From contig JBBIGR010000016.1 of assembly GCA_037447435.1 (NCBI GenBank), positions 30,502 to 94,501 of the forward strand: a DNA stretch of 64,000 nt. Direction: 5' to 3'. The notes beneath the pieces were generated by a model. That model did not search any database. It was not told where the DNA came from and saw only the letters and a program-made list of their open reading frames with translations. Both the position numbers and the translations under genes were made by a program. Position 1 is the stretch's first letter, and each line of letters begins with the position of its first letter. Shown here piece after piece: positions 19,602-29,821 of this stretch. The stretch comes from Fibrobacteria bacterium. Lineage in GTDB: Bacteria > Fibrobacterota > Chitinivibrionia > Chitinivibrionales > FEN-1185.

Positions 19602-21851
19602 ATGGAACAACGTCCTTCGAACGCCCCTTTTCAATTTCCCAACGCTTCACAAAACGATTCGGGCACTTCAATCCGATTCAAGCGGATTTTCTCCATTTTT
19701 TTAATCGTTTTATTTTGTATTTCAGGAATGGGTGTCGGCATGACATGGTTTCTGTACAGAATGTACAAAACACTGCCCACGGTCGATCAGCTCGAAAATA
19801 TCGAGCCGCCGCTTTCCTCTAAAGTCGTAGGTAAAGACGGCAAATTAATCCATGAATTTTCCATCGAAAGACGTTCCTGGGTTCCCATTTCCGATGTTCC
19901 CAATGATTTGATCAATGCGATAATTTCCATAGAAGACAGAAAATTTTATACCCATTGGGGTGTGGATTTAAAACGAATAATCGGTGCAGTTTTCATCAAT
20001 CTCGGCCGAGGTCATTATGCGCAGGGAGCATCCACTCTCACGCAACAACTTGCCCGGAATGTGTATTTATCGTCCAAAACTTCCATGATTCGCAAAATCC
20101 GTGAAGCAATGACCGCGGTTCAAATAGAACAATACTATACTAAGCGCGAAATTCTCGAACTATACATGAATCAGGTGTATCTCGGAGCCGGAGTATACGG
20201 AGTCGAAGCTGCAAGTCAATGTTATTTCAGCAAACATGTCTCGAAACTTACGACAAACGAATGTACCGTACTTGCCGGGCTCATCCAGCTGCCCGAACGC
20301 TATCGGCCCGACAAACCGGGAAATCTCAAACGCACCGCCGCGCGCCGCGCGAATGTGGTCAAGGCAATGGTATCGATGAAGTTCATGGATAAAAAAACCG
20401 CAGACGACATTATGGCGACGCCGGTGCCCACGAATCCGCAAAAAGATATTTCCAAACGCGGCCCCTATTTCATTGAAATGGTCAGGAAGTATTGCGAACA
20501 AAAATACGGCGACGATCTTTTATATAACGGCGGCCTTACCATTTATACGACCCTCGACGGTTCGGCGCAGGATATTACCGACGCGGCAACCGAGGAGCAT
20601 TTGAACGGGTTGCAAAAGAAAATGAACAGCTATTATCTCGATAAAACACGGATACATAGAAAATTGAAAATACCGCGGGATACGTTTGAAGCTCATTTCG
20701 ATTCGATTTATGCGGCAAATCAAAAGGAATGCGAGGCTTTTCCCGACTCGTTAAAACGTCGGGTCGTACAGACCGCGCTTATTGCAATGGATGTAAAAAC
20801 CGGTGCAATACTCAATTTAGTCGGCGGCAGGAATTTTCTTGAGAGCAAATTTAACCGTGCCGTGCAATCGGTTCGGCAACCCGGTTCCGCATTTAAGCCC
20901 GTTTTGTATACTGCAGCAATGGAACACGGCTTTACTCCTGCAAGTGTCGTGCTCGATCAGCCTATAACCATCATGACGCCGCAGGGCGAATGGCGGCCCG
21001 AAAATTACGAGGGTAAATTTGAAGGCCCGGTAACGGTCCGTCATGCTTTGGCCCATTCGTTGAATTTGGTTGCGATTCAGGTTCTCATGCAAATCACCGG
21101 CGATACGGTCGTGTCGTATGCCCGGCGCATGGGATTCAAACAACATATGGATCCGGTACCGTCGCTTGCCATCGGGTCCTGTGAAGTCATGCCCATGGAA
21201 TTGCTCGACGCGTATTCGATTTTCCCCAATAAAGGCGTACGGGTCGACCCGTATTTCATAGAGCGTATCGTGGATAGAAACGGCAATGTTCTTGAAGAAC
21301 ACGAACAAAGCCCGGGCGTGCAGGTGTTGTCGCCGCAAACGTCGTATATCATGTGCAATCTTCTGACAAGTGTGGTCCGTCAAGGTACGGGCGCCGCGAT
21401 ACCGGGGCTGGGTTTCGACAGGCCGTCGGCAGGGAAAACCGGAACGTCAAACGATTATTCCGATGCCTGGTTCGTGGGCTTTACCCCGCAAATCGCCTGC
21501 GTCGTATGGGTCGGCATGGATGAACGGCGGTCGCTTGGGTACGGCGTCACCGGTGCGCTCGGCGCGGTACCGTTATATGTAAAGGCAATGATCGGTTTAC
21601 ATAAGAATGTTCCGGTCCAGGATTTCGAAAAGCCCGACAGCGTCATAAACGTCAAGGTCTGCTCGGTGTCGCGGAAACTGGCAACCGGGTATTGTCCGCA
21701 ATCGTTCGACGAAGTATTCATAGAAGGAAAACAGCCCGAGCCTTGCGACATGCACGGTCCAAATAAGGCAAAAAGTTCGGCCATCATGAATATGTTCGGC
21801 CCAAAGGAACAAGAAACAAAAGTCCCGCCTAAAAAGAGATTGATGTTTTAA
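19602..21851 (+). CDS. mrcA: Class A penicillin-binding protein (PBP1A)
   Basis: TM, EDRKFY, GASTLTQQL, PGSAFKP (SxxK), SLN, GKTGT. Confidence 0.92.
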   Translation: MEQRPSNAPFQFPNASQNDSGTSIRFKRIFSIFLIVLFCISGMGVGMTWFLYRMYKTLPTVDQLENIEPPLSSKVVGKDGKLIHEFSIERRSWVPISDVPNDLINAIISIEDRKFYTHWGVDLKRIIGAVFINLGRGHYAQGASTLTQQLARNVYLSSKTSMIRKIREAMTAVQIEQYYTKREILELYMNQVYLGAGVYGVEAASQCYFSKHVSKLTTNECTVLAGLIQLPERYRPDKPGNLKRTAARRANVVKAMVSMKFMDKKTADDIMATPVPTNPQKDISKRGPYFIEMVRKYCEQKYGDDLLYNGGLTIYTTLDGSAQDITDAATEEHLNGLQKKMNSYYLDKTRIHRKLKIPRDTFEAHFDSIYAANQKECEAFPDSLKRRVVQTALIAMDVKTGAILNLVGGRNFLESKFNRAVQSVRQPGSAFKPVLYTAAMEHGFTPASVVLDQPITIMTPQGEWRPENYEGKFEGPVTVRHALAHSLNLVAIQVLMQITGDTVVSYARRMGFKQHMDPVPSLAIGSCEVMPMELLDAYSIFPNKGVRVDPYFIERIVDRNGNVLEEHEQSPGVQVLSPQTSYIMCNLLTSVVRQGTGAAIPGLGFDRPSAGKTGTSNDYSDAWFVGFTPQIACVVWVGMDERRSLGYGVTGALGAVPLYVKAMIGLHKNVPVQDFEKPDSVINVKVCSVSRKLATGYCPQSFDEVFIEGKQPEPCDMHGPNKAKSSAIMNMFGPKEQETKVPPKKRLMF

Positions 21852-21924
21852 CGAAATTATCCGGTAAAGACGCCGTTTGCCGCGTCTTTACAACAAAACC
21901 TCTCCCACATCGTATTTTCGAAAT

Positions 21925-23754
21925 ATGAACGACAAAGAATTACGCGATACTCTCGATCGCTTTCCGCAAAGCCCGGGCGTGTATATCATGCGCGATTCGG
22001 GCAACGTGCCGTTATACATCGGCAAGGCCATCAACCTGAAAAACAGGGTAAGATCCTATTTTTCCGACAAGCACGAAGACCGGCCGCATATTCCTGTTAT
22101 GCTTCGGCGCATGCATCACATCGATTGGATCGCCACCAACACCGAAACCGAAGCGCTCATCCTCGAAGCGAATCTTATACGTAAACACATACCCCATTTC
22201 AACATCGATTTAAAAGACGACAAACATTACCCCTATATAAAAATCACGGTGCAGGAGCCGTTTCCGCGTTTGCTCGTCGTGCGGCGGGTCGACAAAGACA
22301 AGGCGCGGTATTTCGGGCCCTATACCGATGTCCGCGCCATGCGCAGGTTGGTCCATTTCGGCCGACGGATTTTCAAGATACGCGACTGCAACAAAAACCT
22401 GCCGCTCAAACATCCGATACGGCCTTGCGTCAATTATGAGATCGGGCGGTGCAGCGGCGCGTGCGGCGGAAAAATATCCGAGGCCGACTACCGGAACAAT
22501 ATCGACATGCTCATGCGGTTCTTATCGGGAAAGCGCAAAGACATCGTCAACGAATTGCAACAGAAAATGGAATGCGCCTCCTCGCAGCTTTTGTTCGAAG
22601 AGGCCGCGAATATCCGCGACCAGATACAGCTGATCAACGATGCGTCGAAATTGCAGCAGGTGGATTTGGCAGCTCCGCAAATCGACTGCGACGTGTTCGG
22701 CATTTATAAAGGCGACCGGTCGTTGTGTTTGGCCGCGTTGCACGTGACCGAAGGGCTGCTTTTGTCGGCGCGGCATTTTACTTTTGATAAAAATGCCTGG
22801 GAATCGACGTCCGAAGGGCTGGAACCGCTGCTGCTCCAGTATTATCTCAATGCAAACGAGCAGCCGGCAAAGGAAATAATAATCAGCGACGCAGCCGGTA
22901 TCGTCATCGATGCGGCGCTCATTTCCAGGGCGTTCGAAACGCAATTCGGGTACAAGGTCGAAATTACGGTTCCGCAAAAAGGGCCAAAGCGTATCCTCGC
23001 CGACATGGCGATAAAAAACGCCCGGTTATATCTGATGCAGAAATTGCCGTCCAACGCCATGGACGATCTGAGCGATATGGAGAAACTGTTAAAGCTTCCC
23101 CGTTTCCCGCATGTCATCGAGGCATTCGATATTTCCAATCTGGGCGAAAGCAATGCGGTTGCGGGCATGGTGCGTTTCGTCGACGGGCAGCCGGACAAAT
23201 CGGGGTACCGCAGGTACAAGATTAAAACCGTGACCGGTCAAAACGATTTCGCAATGATGATGGAAGTGGTCACCAGGCGTCTGACCCGTCAAAGTGAAGA
23301 AGGCCAGCAATTTGCGGATTTGTATCTCATCGACGGCGGGCTGGGGCAATTGCACAGCGCGATGGTTCCGCTCGCAAGTTTCAAAAACCCGCCCATGATC
23401 ATCTCCCTTGCTAAACAGGAAGAGCTGGTGTTTTCGCCGTACGGCGACGCGCCGGTGCAGCTCGGATCTACCCACCCGGTACGGAAACTGTTGGAACGCA
23501 TACGCGACGAAGTACACCGGTTCGCCATCACCTTTCACCGGGGCTTGCGCAATAAGCAAGCAAGCGCCTCGGCCTTGCAGTCCATTCCCGGCATGGGCAA
23601 AAAGCGGGTGGTCGAGCTGCTCAAGCATTTCGGCTCGGTAAAAAGGGCCTCCGAAGCCACCGAAGACGAAATTGCGTCGGTAAAGGGCATTCCGAAGAAT
23701 TTGGCCAAGGAAATTAAGGCGTTTTTGGAAGAGCTTAAGAACAAGCAGAGTTGA
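21925..23754 (+). CDS. uvrC: Excinuclease ABC subunit C
   Basis: GIY-YIG (PGVY..YIGKA), YFGPY, FDISN, LIDGG.GQL, RDEVHRFA, HhH. Confidence 0.97.
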   Translation: MNDKELRDTLDRFPQSPGVYIMRDSGNVPLYIGKAINLKNRVRSYFSDKHEDRPHIPVMLRRMHHIDWIATNTETEALILEANLIRKHIPHFNIDLKDDKHYPYIKITVQEPFPRLLVVRRVDKDKARYFGPYTDVRAMRRLVHFGRRIFKIRDCNKNLPLKHPIRPCVNYEIGRCSGACGGKISEADYRNNIDMLMRFLSGKRKDIVNELQQKMECASSQLLFEEAANIRDQIQLINDASKLQQVDLAAPQIDCDVFGIYKGDRSLCLAALHVTEGLLLSARHFTFDKNAWESTSEGLEPLLLQYYLNANEQPAKEIIISDAAGIVIDAALISRAFETQFGYKVEITVPQKGPKRILADMAIKNARLYLMQKLPSNAMDDLSDMEKLLKLPRFPHVIEAFDISNLGESNAVAGMVRFVDGQPDKSGYRRYKIKTVTGQNDFAMMMEVVTRRLTRQSEEGQQFADLYLIDGGLGQLHSAMVPLASFKNPPMIISLAKQEELVFSPYGDAPVQLGSTHPVRKLLERIRDEVHRFAITFHRGLRNKQASASALQSIPGMGKKRVVELLKHFGSVKRASEATEDEIASVKGIPKNLAKEIKAFLEELKNKQS

Positions 23755-24534
23755 TTACCACCCCTTAAGCGTCTGCATCGCGTCCCGTACCGACATGACG
23801 CTCAAATGCTGATCCTTGCAATACGACAAAAAGTCTTTGTAAGTCGATTCCTTGCACCAGTAAATCGGTAACGGCGGGGCAGTGTCGGGCTGGATCACGT
23901 GAAAGCCGATGATCACCAGCGGGGCGCCGAGGCGCTTTGCCTCTTCGATGCGGGCGACGATGTCGGCGGCGGTAAAGTTGCCCGTGACCGCAAAATAACC
24001 GAGTTCCTGCCTGTCCACGCCGTCCAGATAATAATAATCGTGCGACGAGCGTATGTTGACAAAATATTGTTTGATCATACTTTTGACCGTGTCGTTGTAC
24101 ATGCCGGACGCATAGGCGAAACTTTGATGCGACAGGCCGTTTTGCTCGAGGAAATCGAAACTGGCCTTAATGCGCCAGGCGGCAGAGTCGGGCGGCATGG
24201 CCGTGAGATTATCATGTTCATAGCCGTGGCCGCCGCTTTCCCAGCCATACCATTCCATTGTTTTTTCCTGGTCGAGCGTGACATTGCCGGCCGCTCCCAA
24301 GTAGCTGTTCGGGAAAAAATGCGTCGCGGTCCAGGCGGAATCAGTTGCTTGCATCAAGCGAAAACCGGTATTGTAAATGGATGCGTCTGCATCGTCGAAG
24401 GTCACGACCACGATCGGAGCGCCTTGACTTTGTTCGAACGGGACAAGGGCATTTGAACATGAAAAGAGAGTGGGTAAAAGTATTGCGAGAAGTAAAATGC
24501 CAATAGGGCCAAAGGATGAAATGATTATTTTCAT
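23755..24534 (-). CDS. Polysaccharide deacetylase-family lipoprotein
   Basis: Lipobox LFSC, VTFDD, GWESGGHGYEH, FAY..G, IGFH. Confidence 0.8.
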   Translation of the reverse strand: MKIIISSFGPIGILLLAILLPTLFSCSNALVPFEQSQGAPIVVVTFDDADASIYNTGFRLMQATDSAWTATHFFPNSYLGAAGNVTLDQEKTMEWYGWESGGHGYEHDNLTAMPPDSAAWRIKASFDFLEQNGLSHQSFAYASGMYNDTVKSMIKQYFVNIRSSHDYYYLDGVDRQELGYFAVTGNFTAADIVARIEEAKRLGAPLVIIGFHVIQPDTAPPLPIYWCKESTYKDFLSYCKDQHLSVMSVRDAMQTLKGW

Positions 24535-24544
24535 TTTTCTACGA

Positions 24545-24599
24545 CCTCACCCGGCCTGCCCAAAGGGCAGGCCACCCTCTCCTACGAGGAGAGGGTGGG
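24545..24599. repeat. REP-like double-hairpin element
   Basis: GGCCTGCCC-AAA-GGGCAGGCC then CCACCCTCTCCT-ACG-AGGAGAGGGTGG, preceded by CCTCACCC. Confidence 0.65.
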
Positions 24600-24629
24600 A
24601 TAAAATTTGTTCCATATCGGCGATTATGT

Positions 24630-25655
24630 TCAAAACAAAAGCCATAAAGACCCGACAAGCCTGTCCATACGGACATTGCCGGTCATGGTCGATTCCGCGC
24701 CAAGCCTGATCAGTGAATGGTTTACATTTGGAGTAACGGCGACGCCGAGTTCCGGAATATGGGAAACAATGTCGAAACTGCTTTGATATTCGTATCCGCC
24801 GTACAAGCCCATCCAAGACAAAAACATATAGGTGGCGTCAAGCCCGACCTTACCGGTCGTATAAGAAAAAGCCTTATCAAAGTTTTCATAAAACAGCATG
24901 GCGCAAAGGTCGAGCGATTGCGTGATTTTGTAACGCGATTCGGTCAATATTTCAAAATCATAGCCGCTATTCATGGTCGCGTTGCCGAAGCCCTGGTAAG
25001 CCCGGTATTTGAGGGCGCAATGGATATCGAATGGCTGAAAAGAAACGCAGGCGTCGTCACCTATTGTCAATGAATTGTCCTGATACACGAGATCGCCGGT
25101 TTGTATCCCGGCCATGAGCTTATTGCAAAACGACGCATTGTTTGCAACGGTAAGCATGACATGCCCGGCGGTATTTTCCCTTGTGTTAAGAGTCGCCGCG
25201 CCGCTGATGTTAACTATCCCCATGTTGCGGGAAAGGTCCAGGCCAAAACCGTAGGAATCCCAAATAACCGATGTCCGGGTAAATTCGTTATATACGGAAA
25301 ACGGCTTGTAATACAGTGCCCTGCCGATATGGGTAGACATCATGCCGAAGCCGGCGGAAAATCCGTTCTGCCGGTAGTTAAGAGACGCTTCTTCGATAAA
25401 CGGCGTGGTATAGGTGGGGCTGCCTTTAATGTATACTTTGCAGAATACCGCATCCGTAAAGGCATGGCCGAGCCAGGCATCCACGATACCCGATTCGTTT
25501 CCTTTTGTGCCCGCCGCATTCTGATGCGTTGCTTGGGCGCCGGCCCATACCTGCACATGCAGGGAATCGGGAAAGGAAAATTCCGATGCCAAGGAAGCCG
25601 AAAAGAAACACAATATTGAAAAAACTGCGGCGGAATTTTTTAGGTTATTCTCCAT
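24630..25655 (-). CDS. Putative outer membrane beta-barrel protein
   Basis: Signal peptide, alternating beta-strand pattern, ends WLLF; 11-nt overlap with the STAS gene. Confidence 0.6.
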   Translation of the reverse strand: MENNLKNSAAVFSILCFFSASLASEFSFPDSLHVQVWAGAQATHQNAAGTKGNESGIVDAWLGHAFTDAVFCKVYIKGSPTYTTPFIEEASLNYRQNGFSAGFGMMSTHIGRALYYKPFSVYNEFTRTSVIWDSYGFGLDLSRNMGIVNISGAATLNTRENTAGHVMLTVANNASFCNKLMAGIQTGDLVYQDNSLTIGDDACVSFQPFDIHCALKYRAYQGFGNATMNSGYDFEILTESRYKITQSLDLCAMLFYENFDKAFSYTTGKVGLDATYMFLSWMGLYGGYEYQSSFDIVSHIPELGVAVTPNVNHSLIRLGAESTMTGNVRMDRLVGSLWLLF

Positions 25656-26445
25656 TCGGCCCGAATTCCTGGAAATACACGCAGTCTTCGCAGTCCTCGG
25701 AAACATATTGGAACGAGATGCCTTCTATCATGCCGTCGACAATCCAGCAGGGTTGGCCGTTTGGTTTGATCTTTTTAAAGCACTCGTCGCATGTGGTGGC
25801 ATTTTTTGGATTATGGTTCTTGAAATATTCCCAGCACGCGGGACGTTCTTTGGGTTTTGCCGGCCGTACCGCTTGCGCGGCCTGCGTTTTTTGCGCCTCT
25901 TCCTTGACTTTCATGGTTTCGAAAATGTCATGGGCGTCCCGATGATTTTTCACGATCTTCAGAATGCGCGAAAGCTTAGTCACGGAAAGCAAGTTCGTCG
26001 CATAGCCTTCGGAAACCACAAGCACCAGCAATCCTTTGGCGGCAGCCGCGTCTTTATGGATTTTAATGATCGCGCCGAGCCCGCAAGAATAGATGTTATT
26101 GATTCGGGTGATGTCCAGAATGATTTTGAAGCGGTTATGCTGCTTGAGACTGTCCCATACTTTTTCAAGCGCCTTGGTGCGTTCGGAATTGAGGGTGCCT
26201 TCGCAGGTGATAACGGCAATGTCGGCATCGTAATCCGAAATGACGCCGCTGTCGCTGTTCATGGTTATATAATACGCGCATTGCTTGCATTTTTTAAGCT
26301 GCTCGCCGGATTCTTCCTGGTACACGCCTTTTAAAACCCAGCATTTAACATTGTCCATATCCGAGGGGTTTTCGCGAAAACTATTCCAAACATAGCATGT
26401 TTCGCGCTGTTCTTTAGAGCATTTGGTGACTTCATAGCATTTCAC
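25645..26445 (-). CDS. STAS (anti-sigma antagonist-like) protein flanked by two Cys/Trp-rich domains
   Basis: IILDITRINNIYSCGLGAII STAS motif; N-term CYE..C..C..CW..CKQC and C-term CWE..CDEC..CW..CEDC; GTG start with AAGGA SD. Confidence 0.8.
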   Translation of the reverse strand: MKCYEVTKCSKEQRETCYVWNSFRENPSDMDNVKCWVLKGVYQEESGEQLKKCKQCAYYITMNSDSGVISDYDADIAVITCEGTLNSERTKALEKVWDSLKQHNRFKIILDITRINNIYSCGLGAIIKIHKDAAAAKGLLVLVVSEGYATNLLSVTKLSRILKIVKNHRDAHDIFETMKVKEEAQKTQAAQAVRPAKPKERPACWEYFKNHNPKNATTCDECFKKIKPNGQPCWIVDGMIEGISFQYVSEDCEDCVYFQEFGPNGE

Positions 26446-26541
26446 AAAACACGTCCTTTCATACAGGGTAGTATCTTTATAATATAATGTTAGGGCCGCT
26501 TTGCGCAAGGATAAGCAAACCACAAATTATTTTCACCTCAT

Positions 26542-27672
26542 ATGGATACGAACAAGGAAAACAGGCTTGCCTGGCTCGCCCTTAATTCGATAAAGGGCCT
26601 GGGGCCGGTACGGGTCAATACTCTCGTTAAGCAATATGGGTCGGCGGCGGCATTGTTCCACCGCGACTCGTTTGCCGATATCAAACAATGGGCGGCACAT
26701 GCTGCAGTCGCAGCCGAGCTGGAAAAACCGGAGATATTATTTGCAAAGGCCCAGGCCAAAATCGACGCCGCCGCGGCACAGGGAATTATCGTATTGACCC
26801 AGGCCGACGACGAGTATCCGCCGCTGTTGCGCGAAATCGACGCGCCACCGCCTGTCTTATATGTTAAGGGGAAACTCGATTGCTTCTCCCGCCACTGCAT
26901 CGGCATGGTCGGGACGCGAAGGCCCACGAGCTATGGAAAAGGCGTTGCCGCATCGATCGCCAAGCAACTCGTTGAAAATAAAATTACAATCGTCAGCGGA
27001 CTCGCGCTGGGCATCGACACCGTGAGTCATCGGGCCTGTCTCGACAATAACGGAACCACCATCGCGGTGCTCGGCTGCGGCCTGGACAGGATTTATCCTC
27101 CGTCAAACAAGCACCTTGCGGAAGAAATCGTCAAAACCGGGGCGCTCGTTTCGGAATTCGATTGCGGCACATTGCCCGAGACATACAATTTTCCGCGGCG
27201 CAACCGCGTAATCAGCGGACTGTCGGCGGGCGTATTGGTTGTGGAAGCGCCGCGACGAAGCGGCAGCCTTATCACGGCAAACTATGCGCTTGTGCAGGGT
27301 CGCGACGTGTTTGCCGTGCCCGGCCCGATAAATTCCGAAATGTCGGACGGGACTTTCGACTTGATAAAAAACGGGGCCGTACCGGTACAATCGGGCGCGG
27401 ATATCCTTGAAAATATTCGGGAAATACACTTAAAAACCATTATGGCATCGGCAGAAGCCCACAGTCTCGAGATACGGCATACCATGCCCCTGCCACTATT
27501 GACAGAACAGGAAAGAAAATTGTACGATCACATCGCTTCCGAACCCCGCCGCCTCGATACGTTGGCCGAGCGGGCAGGCACCAGCGTCGCCGATTTATTC
27601 GACGTATTGCTCAATCTGGAATTAAAAGGCATGATCCGTCAGGTTGCCGGCCAGCAGTTTGTGAGGGCATAA
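26542..27672 (+). CDS. dprA: DNA-processing protein DprA
   Basis: YPPLLREI..PPPVLYVKG, VGTR, VSGLALGID, FPRRNRVISGLS, SGSLITA. Confidence 0.96.
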   Translation: MDTNKENRLAWLALNSIKGLGPVRVNTLVKQYGSAAALFHRDSFADIKQWAAHAAVAAELEKPEILFAKAQAKIDAAAAQGIIVLTQADDEYPPLLREIDAPPPVLYVKGKLDCFSRHCIGMVGTRRPTSYGKGVAASIAKQLVENKITIVSGLALGIDTVSHRACLDNNGTTIAVLGCGLDRIYPPSNKHLAEEIVKTGALVSEFDCGTLPETYNFPRRNRVISGLSAGVLVVEAPRRSGSLITANYALVQGRDVFAVPGPINSEMSDGTFDLIKNGAVPVQSGADILENIREIHLKTIMASAEAHSLEIRHTMPLPLLTEQERKLYDHIASEPRRLDTLAERAGTSVADLFDVLLNLELKGMIRQVAGQQFVRA

Positions 27673-27980
27673 TGGCGCTTGTCAAATCCATGAAGGGGAA
27701 AAAATTCGGCCGCTATATTGCCGCTGCCCTGGTATGCCTTTTGATTGTCTCGGTATTTACCGGCAAATCCAACGTCCTTCGCATGTACCGTTCCCATACG
27801 GATATCAAGGAACGATTGGAAAAAAAGCAAAGGCTTCATCATGAAATCGATTCCTTGAAACAGGAAAACACGAAATTAAAAACAGATACGGCATATATAG
27901 AAAAAATAGCCCGGGAAAAGCTCGGTATGGCGCGCAAAGATGAAAAAGTGTATAAATTCATCGGCGAATCGAAACCATAA
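27672..27980 (+). CDS. ftsB: Septum formation initiator (FtsB/DivIC)
   Basis: TM plus coiled coil, YIEKIAREKLGM..KDE.VY. Confidence 0.85.
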   Translation: MALVKSMKGKKFGRYIAAALVCLLIVSVFTGKSNVLRMYRSHTDIKERLEKKQRLHHEIDSLKQENTKLKTDTAYIEKIAREKLGMARKDEKVYKFIGESKP

Positions 27981-27986
27981 ATATCC

Positions 27987-28793
27987 ATGGCGCCGCAAAA
28001 AACACAGGCCCTCGTATTAAAGATTTCCGATTTTCGCGAGTCGAGCGGTATTCTCTATTGTTTAACGCCGGACCACGGTTTGGTGCATTGCGTCGCCAAG
28101 GGTATTAAACGGAAAAAGGCGGGAGTACCGTCGCTGGAACGCGGGTTTTTGGTCGAAACGATGCTGTATTGTAAACCAAACCGCGAGCTGCATTTGCTGG
28201 GAACCATGGACGTCGTTGAGTATTTTCCGTCAATCAGGACCGATTTGTTTAAAAACGTCATCCGCGATATCGTGTTTGAAGTGATCATTAAGACAATGTC
28301 CTGCGATCTGCCGCATCCGGACGTGTTTCGTTATTGCGTCGACTTTTTTATGTCCATGGACCGATCGATTTCGCAGGAGTGCTTTCCGGATTTTCTCGTA
28401 AGATTTTTTTACGAATTTTGCCGTCTCATGGGAGTTGCGCCCAATATCGATTCGTGCGTACATTGCAGCGGCACTCTTTCGGGTTCCGGCGGTGGCTATT
28501 TACAATTGGAGAACGGCAGCATGTCGTGTCCCGAATGCGCGACTCTTCGCAATACGGCGCAACGGTCTTTTGTACCGGGATTTGTTCTGGAAACATTCCG
28601 GAACCATACGCTTCGCGGGGAATGTTCGATCGAGGCGGCACAATTGAACCCCGCCGAAACTCGTCGCATTATTTGGTTGCTCGCGCGGTATTGCCAATAT
28701 CATTTTCACCATGCGACCGAATTCCGTTCTCTTTCGTTTCTCGACAGTATTTTGCCCCATTCCGACTTGGTGTTCAGCTATGACCATGCTTGA
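27987..28793 (+). CDS. recO: DNA repair protein RecO
   Basis: ALVLK..DFRESS.I..LT..HG..VAKG; CxxC..CxxC Zn finger. Confidence 0.88.
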   Translation: MAPQKTQALVLKISDFRESSGILYCLTPDHGLVHCVAKGIKRKKAGVPSLERGFLVETMLYCKPNRELHLLGTMDVVEYFPSIRTDLFKNVIRDIVFEVIIKTMSCDLPHPDVFRYCVDFFMSMDRSISQECFPDFLVRFFYEFCRLMGVAPNIDSCVHCSGTLSGSGGGYLQLENGSMSCPECATLRNTAQRSFVPGFVLETFRNHTLRGECSIEAAQLNPAETRRIIWLLARYCQYHFHHATEFRSLSFLDSILPHSDLVFSYDHA

Positions 28794-29319
28794 ACAAATC
28801 ATTGAAAATTATAAAAAGCTATGCGCGTATTGCGATTCCTTTTTTGTAGCGATGGAAAAAATCCATGCACAAGATATGAAATGCGCAAAAGGCTGTAGTA
28901 TCTGTTGCGAGTTGACAAGCGTAAGTATGCTGGAGGCGTACGTCATCGCGGACGAAATGGAAAAGGTTTCGGAAAAACAATGCGATACGGTGCCGACGAA
29001 CCGGCAATTGGGATACGGGAAATGCGTCATGCTAAAAAACAATGAATGCAGCATTTACCGCTTTAGGCCGATTATTTGTCGCACTCATGGCTGCATCATC
29101 GCAGCAGACGAGCAAAAAAAAATCCGGGCCGCTTGCACCTTGAATTTCATTGGAAAAGATTTAGGTACTGTTCCGAGCCAGCAGGTGTTCGACAGTAATA
29201 AGATTACCGACAATCTTATGCGATTAAACGTCGCATTTTGCATTGAGCAAGGTACCAAGGAGTTTTCGGCAAAGCGTATTTTATTAAAAGATCTGGCACG
29301 ACGCAAAAAGACGGCATAA
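28780..29319 (+). CDS. YkgJ-family (CxxCxxCC) cysteine-cluster protein
   Basis: CAKGCSICC, C.ML..N.CSIY.FRPIICRTHG. Confidence 0.85.
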   Translation: MTMLEQIIENYKKLCAYCDSFFVAMEKIHAQDMKCAKGCSICCELTSVSMLEAYVIADEMEKVSEKQCDTVPTNRQLGYGKCVMLKNNECSIYRFRPIICRTHGCIIAADEQKKIRAACTLNFIGKDLGTVPSQQVFDSNKITDNLMRLNVAFCIEQGTKEFSAKRILLKDLARRKKTA

Positions 29320-29350
29320 CAACCACGAACTTTTTGAAAGGAAAAAAATA

Positions 29351-29800
29351 ATGGCATCCATTATTCTCGATACGCTGCTTGCAGACATCAAAGAAGCTAT
29401 GAAAGCCCAGCAAAAAGACAGGCTTTTGGCATTGCGGACCATTCATTCGGAAATTAAAAACCTTGAGCTTATCGAGCAAAAAGAATTGAATGACGCGAAT
29501 ATTGCCCAAGTAATTTCAAAGGCCATTAAGCAGCGAAACGAATCCATCGAACAGTATAAGGCGGCAAACCGTTTAGATCTTGCGGCGACAGAACAGGCCC
29601 AAATCGACATTTACGGTAAATATATGCCTGCGCAGCTTTCCAGGCAAGAAATTGAAGCCATTGTCGTTAAGGCGATGACAGATGCGAACGCGCAGGGGAA
29701 ACAGGATATGGGAAAGGTCATGAAACTGGTCATGCCGCAGGTCAAGGGCAAGGCCGACGGCAAGCTGGTCAACGAAGTCGTTGCCGCAAAACTCGGATAA
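29351..29800 (+). CDS. GatB/YqeY domain protein
   Basis: IKEAMKA, KQRNESIEQY, YMPAQLS, DMGKVM..GKADG. Confidence 0.92.
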   Translation: MASIILDTLLADIKEAMKAQQKDRLLALRTIHSEIKNLELIEQKELNDANIAQVISKAIKQRNESIEQYKAANRLDLAATEQAQIDIYGKYMPAQLSRQEIEAIVVKAMTDANAQGKQDMGKVMKLVMPQVKGKADGKLVNEVVAAKLG

Positions 29801-29821
29801 CCGAAAAGGATTTTTATACTA

